From contig OZ024741.1 in NCBI GenBank assembly GCA_964016885.1, positions 333,746,001 to 333,810,000 of the forward strand: a DNA stretch of 64,000 bases, in the 5' to 3' direction. The stretch's first letter is position 1. Every line of letters begins with the position of its first letter. The notes beneath the pieces were generated by a model, which was not told where the DNA came from, made no database searches, and saw only the letters and a list, made by a program, of their open reading frames with translations. The stretch comes from Eledone cirrhosa. Taxonomy: Eukaryota. Both the position numbers and the translations under genes were made by a program. Below are positions 42,661-55,399 of this stretch, in pieces.

Positions 42661-42891
42661 TTAGCTAGTGCTCCGAGGATTCCAAACGAAAGTTTGGAAA
42701 AAACGATTGTCACCAATAAAATGTTCTGAACATAGTTTTGATTATTCTGACACACATGCATATATTGAGAAGGGTATATATATATAGAGAGAGAGATAGA
42801 GATAGAGAGAGAGAGGCAGAGAGAGGGAGAGACAGAGAGAGAGTCATATACATATATTTTGCATATATATACACATACATACATTGAGAAG

Positions 42892-42947
<56 letters not shown>

Positions 42948-42985
42948 ACCATATACATATATTCTGCATATATATTATATATATA

Positions 42986-43126
42986 TAATAGGAAAATGTT
43001 TAACCCCGACGGTAGAGCTCTGCTGTCGGGGTTAAACATTTTCCTATTACCCACTCTACTACCCTAAGTATTGAGTACTCTGGTGCATTATGGTCCATCT
43101 GGTTCCTTACCACACCTCCTTCGTTA
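42986..43126. mobile_element. Fold-back element family A, second copy
   Basis: ~32-bp arms centred on GAGCTC, followed by TTACCCACTCTACTACCCTAAGTATTGAGTA...CCTTCGTTA as at 5563-5635. Confidence 0.6.
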
Positions 43127-43138
43127 TATATATATATA

Positions 43139-44051
43139 CAGTGTGCAGACGATATTTGTTCGCAAGATTACTGTCTAGGAAAAAGTAACACAGTAGTTTT
43201 ATTTTTTAAGATATATTTATCAAACTTGGGTCAGTTTGTCTTCATGACTTGTTCTTTCGATCTTAGTCGATAAACCCGCCATTGGCTTTGATGACGGTCT
43301 CAAGGCGGTCTTGGAACCGGCTACAGGCCTTTGTCACTGTCCCCCGACTTAAGCCCCTAAAGGCACTTGTGATCCTGGCCTTCAGATCGTCTTTCGTATT
43401 GCAGCTAGATCTGTTGGTGTCTCGTTCCACTGCGCCCCACACAAAGAAGTCGAGGGGGTTGCAGTCAGGCGAGCTAGGAGTTCAGATGTCAGGTGAAGTG
43501 TGGTCGACGAAGTTCTCTGACAGCCAGGCTTGGGTCTCTCAGCTGGTTTCGCAGGGTGCTGAGTCTTGCTGCCACACATACGACCTACCTGCAGCTACCG
43601 GGTCGATCCAGGGCTTTACTACCTTGCTCAGAACGCAGATGTTGCCATCGGTGTTCAGCTTGAGGACCTCAGGGAAGAAGTGAGGTGGCATGACGTCACT
43701 TTGACTGCTGACGACACCTTGACTGCTGACGAGACCTAAGACCAATGTTGTCGCTGGAAAATTTGTCTGCATGACTCTGGGCATGTCTTTGGATGAGACA
43801 GCGAGCCACCTGTTGTTCTGGGAGTTTATCTTCTGGTCTTATTTGTCCTCCCGGCGCGGATTCCAAGAAGAACTCCGTGTCTCTTCCACAAATTTGGTGG
43901 TTCAAAATTATTTATAATCAATTATTCTGAAAATAAATAATGGACATATAGCCACTGTTTTTATGAAGACAAGAGTGAAGACAACGGAAGTAAAAAACAT
44001 TTGCATAAAATTATCAGTTGAAAATTGCGAACAAATATCGTCCGCACTGTG
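43139..44051 (-). mobile_element. Internally deleted Tc1/mariner transposon of the DD37D (maT) type
   Basis: ~27-bp TIRs (…GTGC(A/G)GACGATATTTGTTCGCAA), TA flanks; minus-strand YVWQQDSAPC...SSPDCNPLDFFVWG with 37 codons between the two Asp; two in-frame TGA stops. Confidence 0.9.
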
Positions 44052-44359
44052 TATATATACACATACATACATTGAGAAGGGTATATGTATACACAGTTCA
44101 TAATAAATAAACATCAGACAAGAATCAATTAGTGACCAGTATTATTTGACCTTTTTAAGGTTATAGTTATTTTCTCCTAGGAATCACCCACCTCAGAAAA
44201 GATCATCATGCCAGGTTTACCAATGCCTCTTTTCAGCACAATTTACAATCCTAAACATATATTTAGTTTTTCCTACTTTTATTAAAAACTTTATTAATTT
44301 TTATTTTGAAATCCAAAATCAGATAATACTGAAATGAGGCTCATGCTACCAAAGTATAA

Positions 44360-44418
<59 letters not shown>

Positions 44419-44545
44419 AATATCCACGGTTAGTTGTGGGGTCTAGTCTGCATGAAGAACTCAATGTAATCCATATGTTGAAAATGTTGTCGGTTAAAAT
44501 AAATCCCGGAAAAATATAAAACATCAAAAGGAAAACAGAGTCATG

Positions 44546-44694
44546 ATATAAGTTAAAACAATGAAATAAAAATTCAAGTCATTAGGAATATACTTCACTG
44601 CTTTACAATCGTTTCTAGGTGACATCACCTAGAAACGATCGTAAAGCAGTGAAGTATATTTCTAATGACTTGAATTTTTATTTCATTGTTTTAA

Positions 44695-44701
<7 letters not shown>
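44546..44701. mobile_element. Fold-back element family C with minimal hammerhead 3' half
   Basis: ~77-bp arms, 2 mismatches, centre TAGGTGA-CA-TCACCTA followed by GAAAC-GATC-GTA; abuts (TA)n. Confidence 0.55.
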
Positions 44702-44735
<34 letters not shown>

Positions 44736-46690
44736 ATATATATATTGTTATATATATATTGTTATATATATATTGTTATATTTGGGGAAGGTCATATTGT
44801 TATAATATTGCCAAAATAATAACAGAACACACTCACTGTTTGGCTTGGGTTGGTTTTCACTTCGTTATCTTTTATATCTCTATAGAAACCACAAATGGAG
44901 AGATGTTGCGCTGAATAGGACCCGTCCCATCCTTGCAAGCAGGGAAAGGTGGACATAAAAGAATGATGATGATATATATATACAAAATAGGCTTCTGCAG
45001 TTTCTGTTGACTAAATTCCAAGAGACTTGCCCAAGGTTCTACGCAGAGAGGACTAAACCCAGAACAATGTGGCTAAAGAGTTTGCTTTGGTTTTGCCCAC
45101 AAAATCTTTCCAGGGATTCTTCCCTAAGATATTCTAACCACATGTCCATAATATGAGAGCTGTGATCTCTCAATTCAGAGAAGAAGTGGCTCTACCTGAA
45201 TTGACTCTCAGATCTCTGTGCTATGCACTCTATTGACCCTTCGGAGAAACCATATTTCGGTCACTTGCATTCACGGTTATATTCTCCTCTCAAATCACAA
45301 AATAAAGATCATTACTTCGCTGATACTTGAACAGTTCAACAAGATTACAGAACAAAACACTACTGCCATCATATTAATTTAAATGAAAAAATCAATTTGT
45401 TCAAGGAGAACATTGTTCTATTTAGATACATGATGATTTATATTTCATTTGCTTCACACTTCATAATCTCTGCAAATCAACTATGATTTTATTAATCACT
45501 GGAGATTGTCAGAGCAGAAACAATTTTGTTTGATATCAAATCCTGCAATTATTTTTGGAAGAATAAATATTATCATCATCTTCACAGTTATCTATCAATA
45601 TTTTACATTTTACATCTGCTTCCCATGCAAGCATGGCTTTCACAGCATGTTATTGTGCAAGTCATTTTTTTTTATTTGGAATTACTGCCATCCTCTGTAG
45701 GTCATATGACCATTCCATTTTTGGTGTAGTTTCTACAACTGGAAGTCCTTGTTAAGACCAATCATTTTATACAGTGCATTCTATTGAAGCACCAACACTA
45801 AAGATGCTGTCATGTCCTCTACATGACTACTGAGTACTCTCTAATCTACTCTCATGCCATTCCACTACCAACCTCTTTACAGAGTGTACTGAGAGCATTT
45901 TATCATGCCACTAATATTTGCAAGTTTAAAGAGTCATCTCCACTTTATTGAGGCTGATGATAAATATATGATGAAATATAAATAAGCCCCTCTAGTTTGA
46001 ATATGGGTAACATTTTTTAATGAATTGCTTGGGTATGAATAACACAATAGAAATATATCTCTACATTTTCACAGAGTATTTACTTCTTCTTTACCCCAAT
46101 ACTCCTAGATTTATCACCTCTCAATTTGGAGAAGTAGAACCTCTACCTAGAGTGACTCTCTGATCTCCGAGCTATTGCATTCTATTAAATAAAATTTGCA
46201 ACAAAGACCCTTCAGAAGAACCTCCTTTTGGCTGCTTGTTTTCACAATCGTATTCTTTTAGTCATTATTTAAGATTCATGATCATAGGTAAGGGCTGGTA
46301 TGAATACAGAGCATATACACACATATCAATGAGATTATATATACATATCAAAATTTAAAGATCTGGCAAACCCTCAAGTTGTGGTGACTTAACTGTTTAG
46401 GATGGTGTATTCTTACACCTAGAGTAGTTACTTCCTTTAGCAGGGATATTCTACTACTACCGTTTCTTCTATTCAAAGAAATAGTTCCAAGATAAATTTA
46501 ACCTTTTCGATACCAATCCACCCTCCAAAGATTAGAAACCATTATTTTAAGATATAGTTCTTCATAAACATGATTAATGCTTCTATATTTGCTTTAAGCC
46601 TTGTATTCATAAAAACACAAAACCCTACAGCATATTGTATAAATTTGTTTTTCTCTTCTCTTTTTCCTGCTTTCCTTCTGACTTGGATAG

Positions 46691-46705
46691 TTGTGGACAT
46701 GTAAG
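46691..46705 (+). other. Candidate 15-nt 5' UTR microexon
   Basis: Long polypyrimidine tract (46644-46680), TAG acceptor, TTGTGGACATGTAAG, consensus donor AAG|GTAAGT. Confidence 0.45.
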
Positions 46706-46755
46706 GTAAGTATTACGTTTTATTAAAAGAAAACAGCATATTAGATCTTCGTCTT

Positions 46756-46805
<50 letters not shown>

Positions 46806-47333
46806 TATTATAGAAATGACTTCTACAGGACTAGAATCCACCTATATATATATATATGTGTGTGTCTGTTGGTATTCATATGGTATTTATTATTAGGTGT
46901 TGTTTAGACAAACATGTTTATTAACTGTATGTGTGAGTAGACGTGTGTGTGTGTGTATGTATATGTCTGTGTGTATGCATATGTGTGTATATATGTGTGT
47001 ATGTATATGTATGTGTATCTGTATGTGTGCCTGTATGTGTAGTTTTGTGTCCATGCGTGTGTGTGTGTGTGTATGTGCCTTCTTGGTTATTAACATAGTA
47101 TTCTCTGATTTAATGGAGTTTTCATAATGACTGAGAACTACAATTAAAACTAAATAATAACTGAAAGAAGCAGTAAGTACATCAAAGAGAGAATCCAATC
47201 AGAATATATTGTCTATGGTTCAACATAATACATGTATTGAACTGAGCTTCCTATGGTGATGATGATAGGGTAACATTCATTATCTTTATACTAACTCTAC
47301 ATTCACGTTTCCACACTAATATGGATAAAGATA

Positions 47334-47515
47334 ATTGTTTCTATTTTTTGCACAAGGCCAGCAATTACCCAGTACATTACTGGTACTTTATTTTATCGAC
47401 CCCATAAGGATGAAAGGCAAAGTTAACCTCGGTGGGATTTGAACTCAGATCATAAAGGGACGTAACTCTATGCTTCAAAGCCCGACTCTCTACCGATACT
47501 GCCAATCCACCGCTC
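47334..47515 (-). mobile_element. tRNA-derived SINE upstream of the protocadherin exon
   Basis: Reverse complement of the SINE consensus seen at 11103-11290. Confidence 0.9.
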
Positions 47516-48511
47516 CTTATATGGGTAAAGATAATACAAGATAACAAGGAGATTCAGTTTCCAAATGAGTCTCTTATGAAAACGAATTAGTAGTCACCTT
47601 TTATTTAAAGTACAAAATTACTGTATATACCAGTGTGCACAGGTAGATAAAATGTACCTCTGTCTATTTTACATAGATACATATGCAATGTGTCATATAT
47701 GTTGAGTAGCATGTTTAGTAAGTCCTGTAGATAATTCACTTGTTTGATTTTCATATATTTTCATAGAAATAACTGCAACTAACACATGAGTATACATGGT
47801 GTGTGTGTTTACCCATACCTTGGGTTTTAAGAGCCACAAAATTTATATCTCATAAAATCCAGATATACCTCTGCTGACATCATTTAGAGTTTCCTCATGT
47901 TCGAAAATATACTATTTTTTCTTATTATACGGCAAAAATAAACCTCATATTTATGTTGATTGACTCAACTTTACATCAGTCTGCTAAAAATATTAAACCA
48001 CTAAAAATAAAAATAAAGACACAAATGATATTGTACTGTACTGTATATTGTATGTACATTAAAGTACAGCACTGGGGAATCCTATTAGCAGTTTATTGGA
48101 GGATTAATTCAACATTTGTAATTTTCTGATTTACCATATATATTTTTCAAATATAAGTCAACCTTATTTTATGTCGGAGAAATGGCAAAAATTCAAACCT
48201 TGTTTATAAGCCAAAGTAGTTAATCAACACATTTTACCATTGATGTTTTTGGTCAAATATTCCTCAGCTTATATTCAATTATATATGGTAAGTTTCGACT
48301 CTGGATCCAATTAATGACATAGGGTGAGGTACACCTGTATATTTAAATTCTGTTCATAAAAATCAAGATATCTCTATATAGTTTGTTTTGAAAAATTTCT
48401 TGTTTGAGAGATTGATTTCACTTTATATATTCAACATTTTAAAACATGTTTTCTTTACCATTTCAGAAAACGCTCAATGTTTGAACCCTACAACAGCTGG
48501 CTCTATCAGTT

Positions 48512-50893
48512 ATGAGAGGGGCAATTCTGGCACCAGTTTGTATATTGCTCACCTGCTTTCACTACTGCCTGTGTGTCGACCTCATTTATCATGTTGATGA
48601 AAGTCAGGAGGCAGGTAGCTTCCTGGGAGATATATCTGCTGATATACACTTGCTTGATAGCATCACTCTACAAGATCGAAGGTTGATTAGTTTCAGTCAG
48701 TTGTCAAAGAAAGGGACAGCAGTGTCACAGCTCTTCAATGTAACGAGGAGTGGTGAACTCTACACGGGACAAACGTTTGATGCAGAATCTCTTTGTATAT
48801 ACAACACAGAATGTTACAGGATGGTAGATGTTGCTGTGCAAAAAGCAGATATTTTCATGAAGATTTTAAAAATTAAAGTTATTATAAAAGATATCAATGA
48901 CCATGAACCTCATTTTCCTAGCAAGCAAATAAACCTCACATTTTCTGAAACTGACCGAAGAGGGACTAAAAAATCCATTCCAAATGCTATAGACAAAGAT
49001 GTTGGGGTTTTAAATTCTCAAATTACATATCAACTCCAAAGGGAACCCAACTTACCATTTGCTTTATCAATTTCAGAAAAACTAGATGGCACATCAAAAC
49101 TTGGAATAACATTAGAAGAGACATTAGATCGAGAAGTTCAAGACACATACCATGTTCAGGTCATTGCAAAAGATGGAGGTTCCCCACCCAAACAAAGTAT
49201 TTTAAATGTTCAAATATTTGTACTTGATGTAAATGATAATTCACCTGTGTTTACTCAGGACATCTACAATGTTTCTATCAAGAGGGACCACCCGTCACAT
49301 ATACCAGTTGCCGTTGTGAGCGCAACTGATTCAGACGTGGGCAAAAACAGTCAAGTTTCATACCATTTCAGTTCGAAAACATCCGATATTGGGAAGTCTC
49401 ATTTTGAATTGAAGGAAACGAGTGGAGAGATTTTCCGTCGGAGAAATATAACATCAGAACAAAAATTATTTTATAAATTATTTGTAGAAGCTGTGGATGG
49501 AGGAATTCCGCCTTTAAGTTCCATTGCATTGGTCATAGTCAATGTGATTAACCAACAAAACAATGCCCCAAGTATAGATGTGAATTTTGTATCAGCTTTA
49601 GCAGAAAACACTGTTACTGTATCAGAAGGTACGAAGGTCGGAAGTTTTATTGCTTATATAAAAGTGACCGACAACGACAGTGGTGCAAAGGGTGAAGTTA
49701 CCTGTGATTTAAAACACAATAAATTCCAACTTTTAAGTTTAGGCTCAAAAGAATATAAAGTAATCCTGAAAACTTCAGTAGACAGGGAAATTGAAGATCT
49801 TCATAATATTACAATTTCATGTAGAGACAAAGGTTCCCCACCGCTAACAACAGAAAGTAAATTTTCTATTCAAGTAATGGACATCAATGATGTCCAGCCA
49901 CAGTTTACAAAAGATGTATTCAAATTTTTGACATATGAAAATGAGGAGTCAAATTTTCCTGTAGGGTTTATCAATGCTACTGACCCTGATTTAGAGTCTG
50001 GGGGTCAACTTACATATTCTCTGCTATATAAAAATAACAAAGTGCTTCCGTTTAAAATTACAAATGAAGGATTAATTCTAACAACAAGATCTTTAGACAG
50101 GGAAGTAGAAGAAATATATGAATTTCAAGTTTTTGTCAAAGACAATGGAATACCGTCATTAAATAACACGGCAAATGTCATTGTTGAAGTCATGGATGAA
50201 AACGATAATGCCCCCTATTTTATCTTTCCAAATGTTGACCCCTTTAATCTAGATGTTCACTATCACCCGCAGAGCAAAAGTGACATCACTACAGTTAGAG
50301 CGTCTGACAGAGATGGTCATGTCAATGCCTTTTTAACATATGAAATAATCAAAGGTAACAATAAACACTTGTTTGCAATTAACCCACACTCTGGTGTACT
50401 ATCTTTCTCTCGTAAGGTTTATCAAAATGATATAGGGACATATGAACTACAATTTCTTGTCAAAGACAGTGGCATTCCAGTTTTATCAGCTACGACTACC
50501 ATGACACTGACATTAACCGTCAGCAATGAAACAACTGGAATGCTAACGAATCTTGACTTGCAGTCAGACAATAAAATTCATCTTAATTTAGTGATAGCCA
50601 TTACATCAATCGCAGTTGTGGTGTCAATTGCAGTTGTAGTTTCTCTAACGCTATGCATTGTCAGATGCAATAATATGAGGAATGCTTCTTACAGGGCAGT
50701 AGAGAACCTATCGAATCAGTCTCGGAATGAAATGCGACATTTAATGTCCCAGATTGATAATCCAGTTATTGTTACAAGGAATCCAAAAGAAATGAGAAGT
50801 AGAAATATACAGCTCGTTGGCTCAAAAAGTCAGCTATTTTCTAGAGATATACTAAAAAATAAAAAGGCCAAAAAATTACCAACAGTCAAACAG
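48512..50893 (+). CDS. Protocadherin, large coding exon (signal peptide, EC1-EC6, TM, proximal cytoplasmic region; 794 codons to the splice donor)
   Basis: 817-aa ORF with N-terminal signal peptide; EC1 C-x5-C (CIYNTEC); cadherin motifs DINDHEP, DVNDNSP, DINDVQP, DENDNAP, LDRE, AxDxG; hydrophobic TM (LVIAITSIAVVVSIAVVVSLTLCIV). Acceptor TTTCTTTACCATTTCAG|48467; donor CAG|GTAAGT after 50893, phase 0. Confidence 0.96.
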
Positions 50894-50938
50894 GTAAGTC
50901 TGTGTTTTCATTTACATCTTTTTCTTATTATTATTATT

Positions 50939-51296
50939 AGGGCGGTGGATTGGCAGCATCGGTAGAGCGTCAGACACCATGCTTAGTGGCATAGAGTTAG
51001 GGTCCTTCATGTTCTAAGTTCAAATTCCGCCAAGGTTAACTTAGTCTTTTATCATTACAGGGTCGATAAAATAAAGTACCAGTAACACACTGGGGTCGAT
51101 TTAATCGACTTTCCGTTCCCCTAAAATTGTTGGCTTTATGCCTAAAATCAAATTAAGTAACAGTAATACACTGGGATAATTGCTGGCTTTGTGCCAAAAG
51201 TAGAAACAATTATTATTATCAAAGGTTGTGGATTAGCAGAATCAGTAGAGCGTCGGACAACGTGCTTCGCAGCATAGAGTTACGGCCCTTTACGTG
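50939..51296 (+). mobile_element. tRNA-derived SINE(s) starting ~45 nt into the protocadherin intron
   Basis: GGCGGTGGATTGGCAGCATCGGTAGAG...GTCGATAAAATAAAGTACCAG. Confidence 0.9.
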
Positions 51297-51557
51297 CTCT
51301 CCATTTTTCCATGATAGCATGAATCTAATGACCACCACCAGCAAAATCTTTTTTATGCCCACTTTTCCATACTAACATGGGTTTGATGGGTTTATTTCAA
51401 CAGAATCACATCACATGTTTCACTAGTTTGTTACACTCTTTGTCAAGTCCAACATCCAGCAGTTAGGGTTTATGCATATATCTTTGTTTTTCTTTTTCAT
51501 GTTTCTTATATGGTATTGAGTACTTTCTCTCTGATTCATTAAAATCAATATATATAT

Positions 51558-51685
<128 letters not shown>

Positions 51686-51896
51686 GTAAGTGTGTGCATA
51701 TGCATATGTATATATACTACCATGGAAAAATGGACGTTAAATGATGATGATGATGATGATATATATATATGTATATATGTAATAACTAACAAATAGTGTC
51801 TGCAGTTCTGTGTACATGCCAACACAAGTGCAAGAATTACGGGTCATTCTACTGGCATGTGGCTGTCTGCATTATTGCAAACGAATCGAATATTAT

Positions 51897-52080
51897 TTGG
51901 CAGTATCGGTAGAGAGTCGGATGCCATGCTTTGCAGCAAAGAGTTACAGCCCTTTATGATCTGAGTTCAAATCCCGCCGAGGTTAACTTTGCCTTTCATC
52001 CTTATGGGGTCGATAAAATAAAGTACCAGTAATACCCTGTGATAATTGCTGGCCTTGTGCCAAAATTAGAAACAATTATT
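51897..52080 (+). mobile_element. tRNA-derived SINE
   Basis: Same consensus as the other copies, full length. Confidence 0.9.
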
Positions 52081-52834
52081 AATATTCGAAAAACTCAGAT
52101 TACACACACACATATATATATATATATACATTTCATCCCCATTTAACATACATTTTCCATGGTCTAAACAGAGTGTCACATTATGAGACAAGCCAGATCA
52201 GGTGACCATGTTTTGCTCATACGTATCTGTATTTTGGCTTGGGTTTTACAGCCAGATGCCCTTCCTAATGCTAACCATGTTACAGTGTGGACCAAATGCT
52301 TTTTATTGAGGCACCAAAACAACCATCTAACAGAGTGGACAGGGTGCTTTTTATCATGTCACCAGCATGACCACTATAAAGGGTGGACTGGGTGGTTTTC
52401 ACCCTTTCACCAGCATGATCACTTTATAGGGTGGACAAGGTGCTTTTTTTATGACTCCAAAACGACCATCTAACAGAGTGAACTGAGTGCTTTTTCAGTG
52501 TGTCACCAGCATGACCACCTTACATTATGACTAGGTGCTTTTTTCATGTCACTAACACAACCACCTTCAGGCAGGGTGGTCTGGGTGCTTAATTGTTGTA
52601 GCACATGTGTGTGTGTGTTTATATAATATAATGATATAATGAAAATTATTGTATACAGAGCTTAGGTGCACTACAGCTCATTGAAGGTGCATGTATAGTA
52701 CATAGAATAATGAAGGTGCATGTATAGTACATAGAATAATGTCAGGAAAGTGTTTGAGTTACGATATACACACTGACACACACACGTGTGTGTGTGTGTG
52801 TAAATAAATATTTGGTGCATAAATATATGTGTGT

Positions 52835-52890
<56 letters not shown>

Positions 52891-54639
52891 GCAGCCAAAT
52901 GACAGCAGCACTACAATCACAAGTATAAATCACATAAAGCTAGATTCACTTGAAACCAAGTCATTACATAAACCTAAGACGCAGTTTATTTCAATTCAAG
53001 AACTTGATTTAGTAAAAGCAAAGTTATTGCCCTTGACAGCAACACACTCTCTCTCCACTTCTCTCTCATCAGAGCAGTTTAGCATGCTGGGTCTTTTCTT
53101 CTTTTGGTTTTTTAGTTAATCTACAGCTTCCTTTTGATTTTACTGGTTCTTGATGTCACGCAAAAGCTCTGTCATCTCTGGACCTATCATCATGAGGAGG
53201 TGAGGGAGTCAGTATTACAGATGGCACAGATCCCCTACATTTTAATGGGGCACCCTCAAATTTAGAAAATAGAGTTTGCATAAAATATAGCATAAAAAGG
53301 GGTTAGTGATAGGAAGGGCATCCTGACATAGAATGCTTGCCAAACAGAGGGTTGGGAGGACCCTTCAGTTGTATCAAGGATATAGCAGCCACTTTAGTGT
53401 TGGTGATCTACATGATAAATGCACCAACAAAACACTGTAAAGTGGTTAATGATAGGAAGAGCATCTTACCATAGAATGCTTGCTAAACAAAAGGTTGGGA
53501 GGACCCTTCAGTTGTGTCAAAGACATGACAACCTCTCCTACATACTCAGTAGAATTTGAGGCCATACATAATTGAGATGCACTCTTCAAAATTCAACGTA
53601 AATGAGGTGCTAAAATATTTTCACTTTGTAGGGTAAATATTATACTGGTTTCATTGTCAATGGGAAATTTGTATTTGCTATTATTTTTTATATGTTTTGA
53701 ATGAATATTGCTTTCATAACAATTGGAAATTGGTAAAAAAAAGTTATTACATAATGGAGTTGTGAAACAAGACCTATACTCCAAACAACACTAAAAATAC
53801 TTTAAATATCAAAATATTCAAACTTCATAAATATATCCTCAACTCATGAAAATTTCAAAATTGCACCATTTAAACACGTGTTGATTACCAGCCTCAGCTT
53901 ATAAACAGAGTTTTGATTTTTGCCCATTTTTCAGACATAAAATAGGTGGTGGAGACTTATATTCAGATTGATTTATATTCAAATATATACAGCATATAAA
54001 ACAACATGGATTATGAAGATAATAAGAATGATGATGACAATGACAGTCGCCATATGTGGCAAAAGGAGGCAGAATTTGAACACAGAATGCACAGGACCAA
54101 AGCAGATACTTCAAAATATCCCATCTGACTCTTTAACAATTTCACCAATTTACAACTCCCACTAAACTTGTACCTTATTTATCAACCTTAAAAGAATGAA
54201 AAGCAATGGATTTAAAATAAGAATGTACAGAGAGTCAGAACAGAAACGGGCATTTAATCTGACATTCAATTCACTCTCTCTTCTGCCACTTTGTCTTATA
54301 ACTGAATAAAATTCTCCTAGGAACACCTTCCTAAATGATATCAACCCATGATCAGGCCACTTTAGCTTTCAAGTATTTTAGGCTCTATTTGACAATCCCC
54401 CCCCCCTCCACTACAGCTGACAATCTGACACTGGTATGATATATTTGATTAATACTGAGTTAACGGCCATCCACCCTGACAGTGGGTTAAATAGCCTCAT
54501 CAACTCGCAATTGACCAAGTGTGGTGAGAATAGCTGGCTGCACATCTGACATGTCTAAAACCAAAATGGTGGAGGTCAACCAGGGATGGATTCCTCCAAC
54601 AAGAGTGAGAAGGCTCTGGATTGAATTGAATTGGATTGT

Positions 54640-55070
54640 CACAAGGCTAGCAATTTGGGAGAAGGGGGGAAGTTTATTAAATTTATCCCAAGTACTTAAC
54701 TGGTACTTTATTTTATCAACCTTGGAAGTATGAAAAGCAAAGTTCGCCTCGGTGGGATTTGAACTCAACAGAAAAAGCCATAACTGAATACTGCAAAGCA
54801 TTGTGTACAATACACTACTGATACTGCCAACCCACTGCCCTCTATGGTATAGTAAATTAATGGTTTCTGATTTAGGTACAAGGCCAATAATTTGGAGAGA
54901 GGATAAAGTCAACTAAATCGACACCACTGTGTTACTGGTATTTTATTTTATCCATACCATAAGGATGAAAGGCAAAGCTAACCTCATCAGGATTTGAACT
55001 CAGAATGTAAAGGGCTGTAACACTATGCCACAAGGCATGTTGCCTGATGCTCTACCAATTACTGCCAAAT
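54640..55070 (-). mobile_element. Two tandem tRNA-derived SINEs
   Basis: Reverse-strand core and B-box GGATTTGAACTC present twice. Confidence 0.8.
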
Positions 55071-55399
55071 ACAACATATTTTCAAATAGAAAATTTAACA
55101 CAGAGTAAAAGGACTTTTATTGATAACAAGATAGGTTGAATGACCATATCTTAGTCATACAAAACTGATTTGGGCTTGGTTTCTATAGCTGGATGACCTT
55201 CCTAATCCCAACCATATTTACAGAGTGGACTGGGTGCTTTTTGTCGTGACATCTACACAACCACTTTACAGTGTAGACAGGGGACTTGGGTGGAAGAGAT
55301 GCATGGGGATTGGGGGGCGGGGTAGAGGTAGAGGCATAGGTGAGGGGTGGAGACGTAGGTGGGGTGTTACAATGTGGAAAGTGTATGAATGGGTAGTGG

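Noticed and set aside
41904-42884. 326-aa and 233-aa ORFs (RYIINRL / NYISKPV repeats), or a CRISPR-like array
   Set aside because: Both ORFs arise from a 21-bp tandem unit lacking stops in one frame per strand; there are no unique spacers and no cas genes, and the context is eukaryotic.
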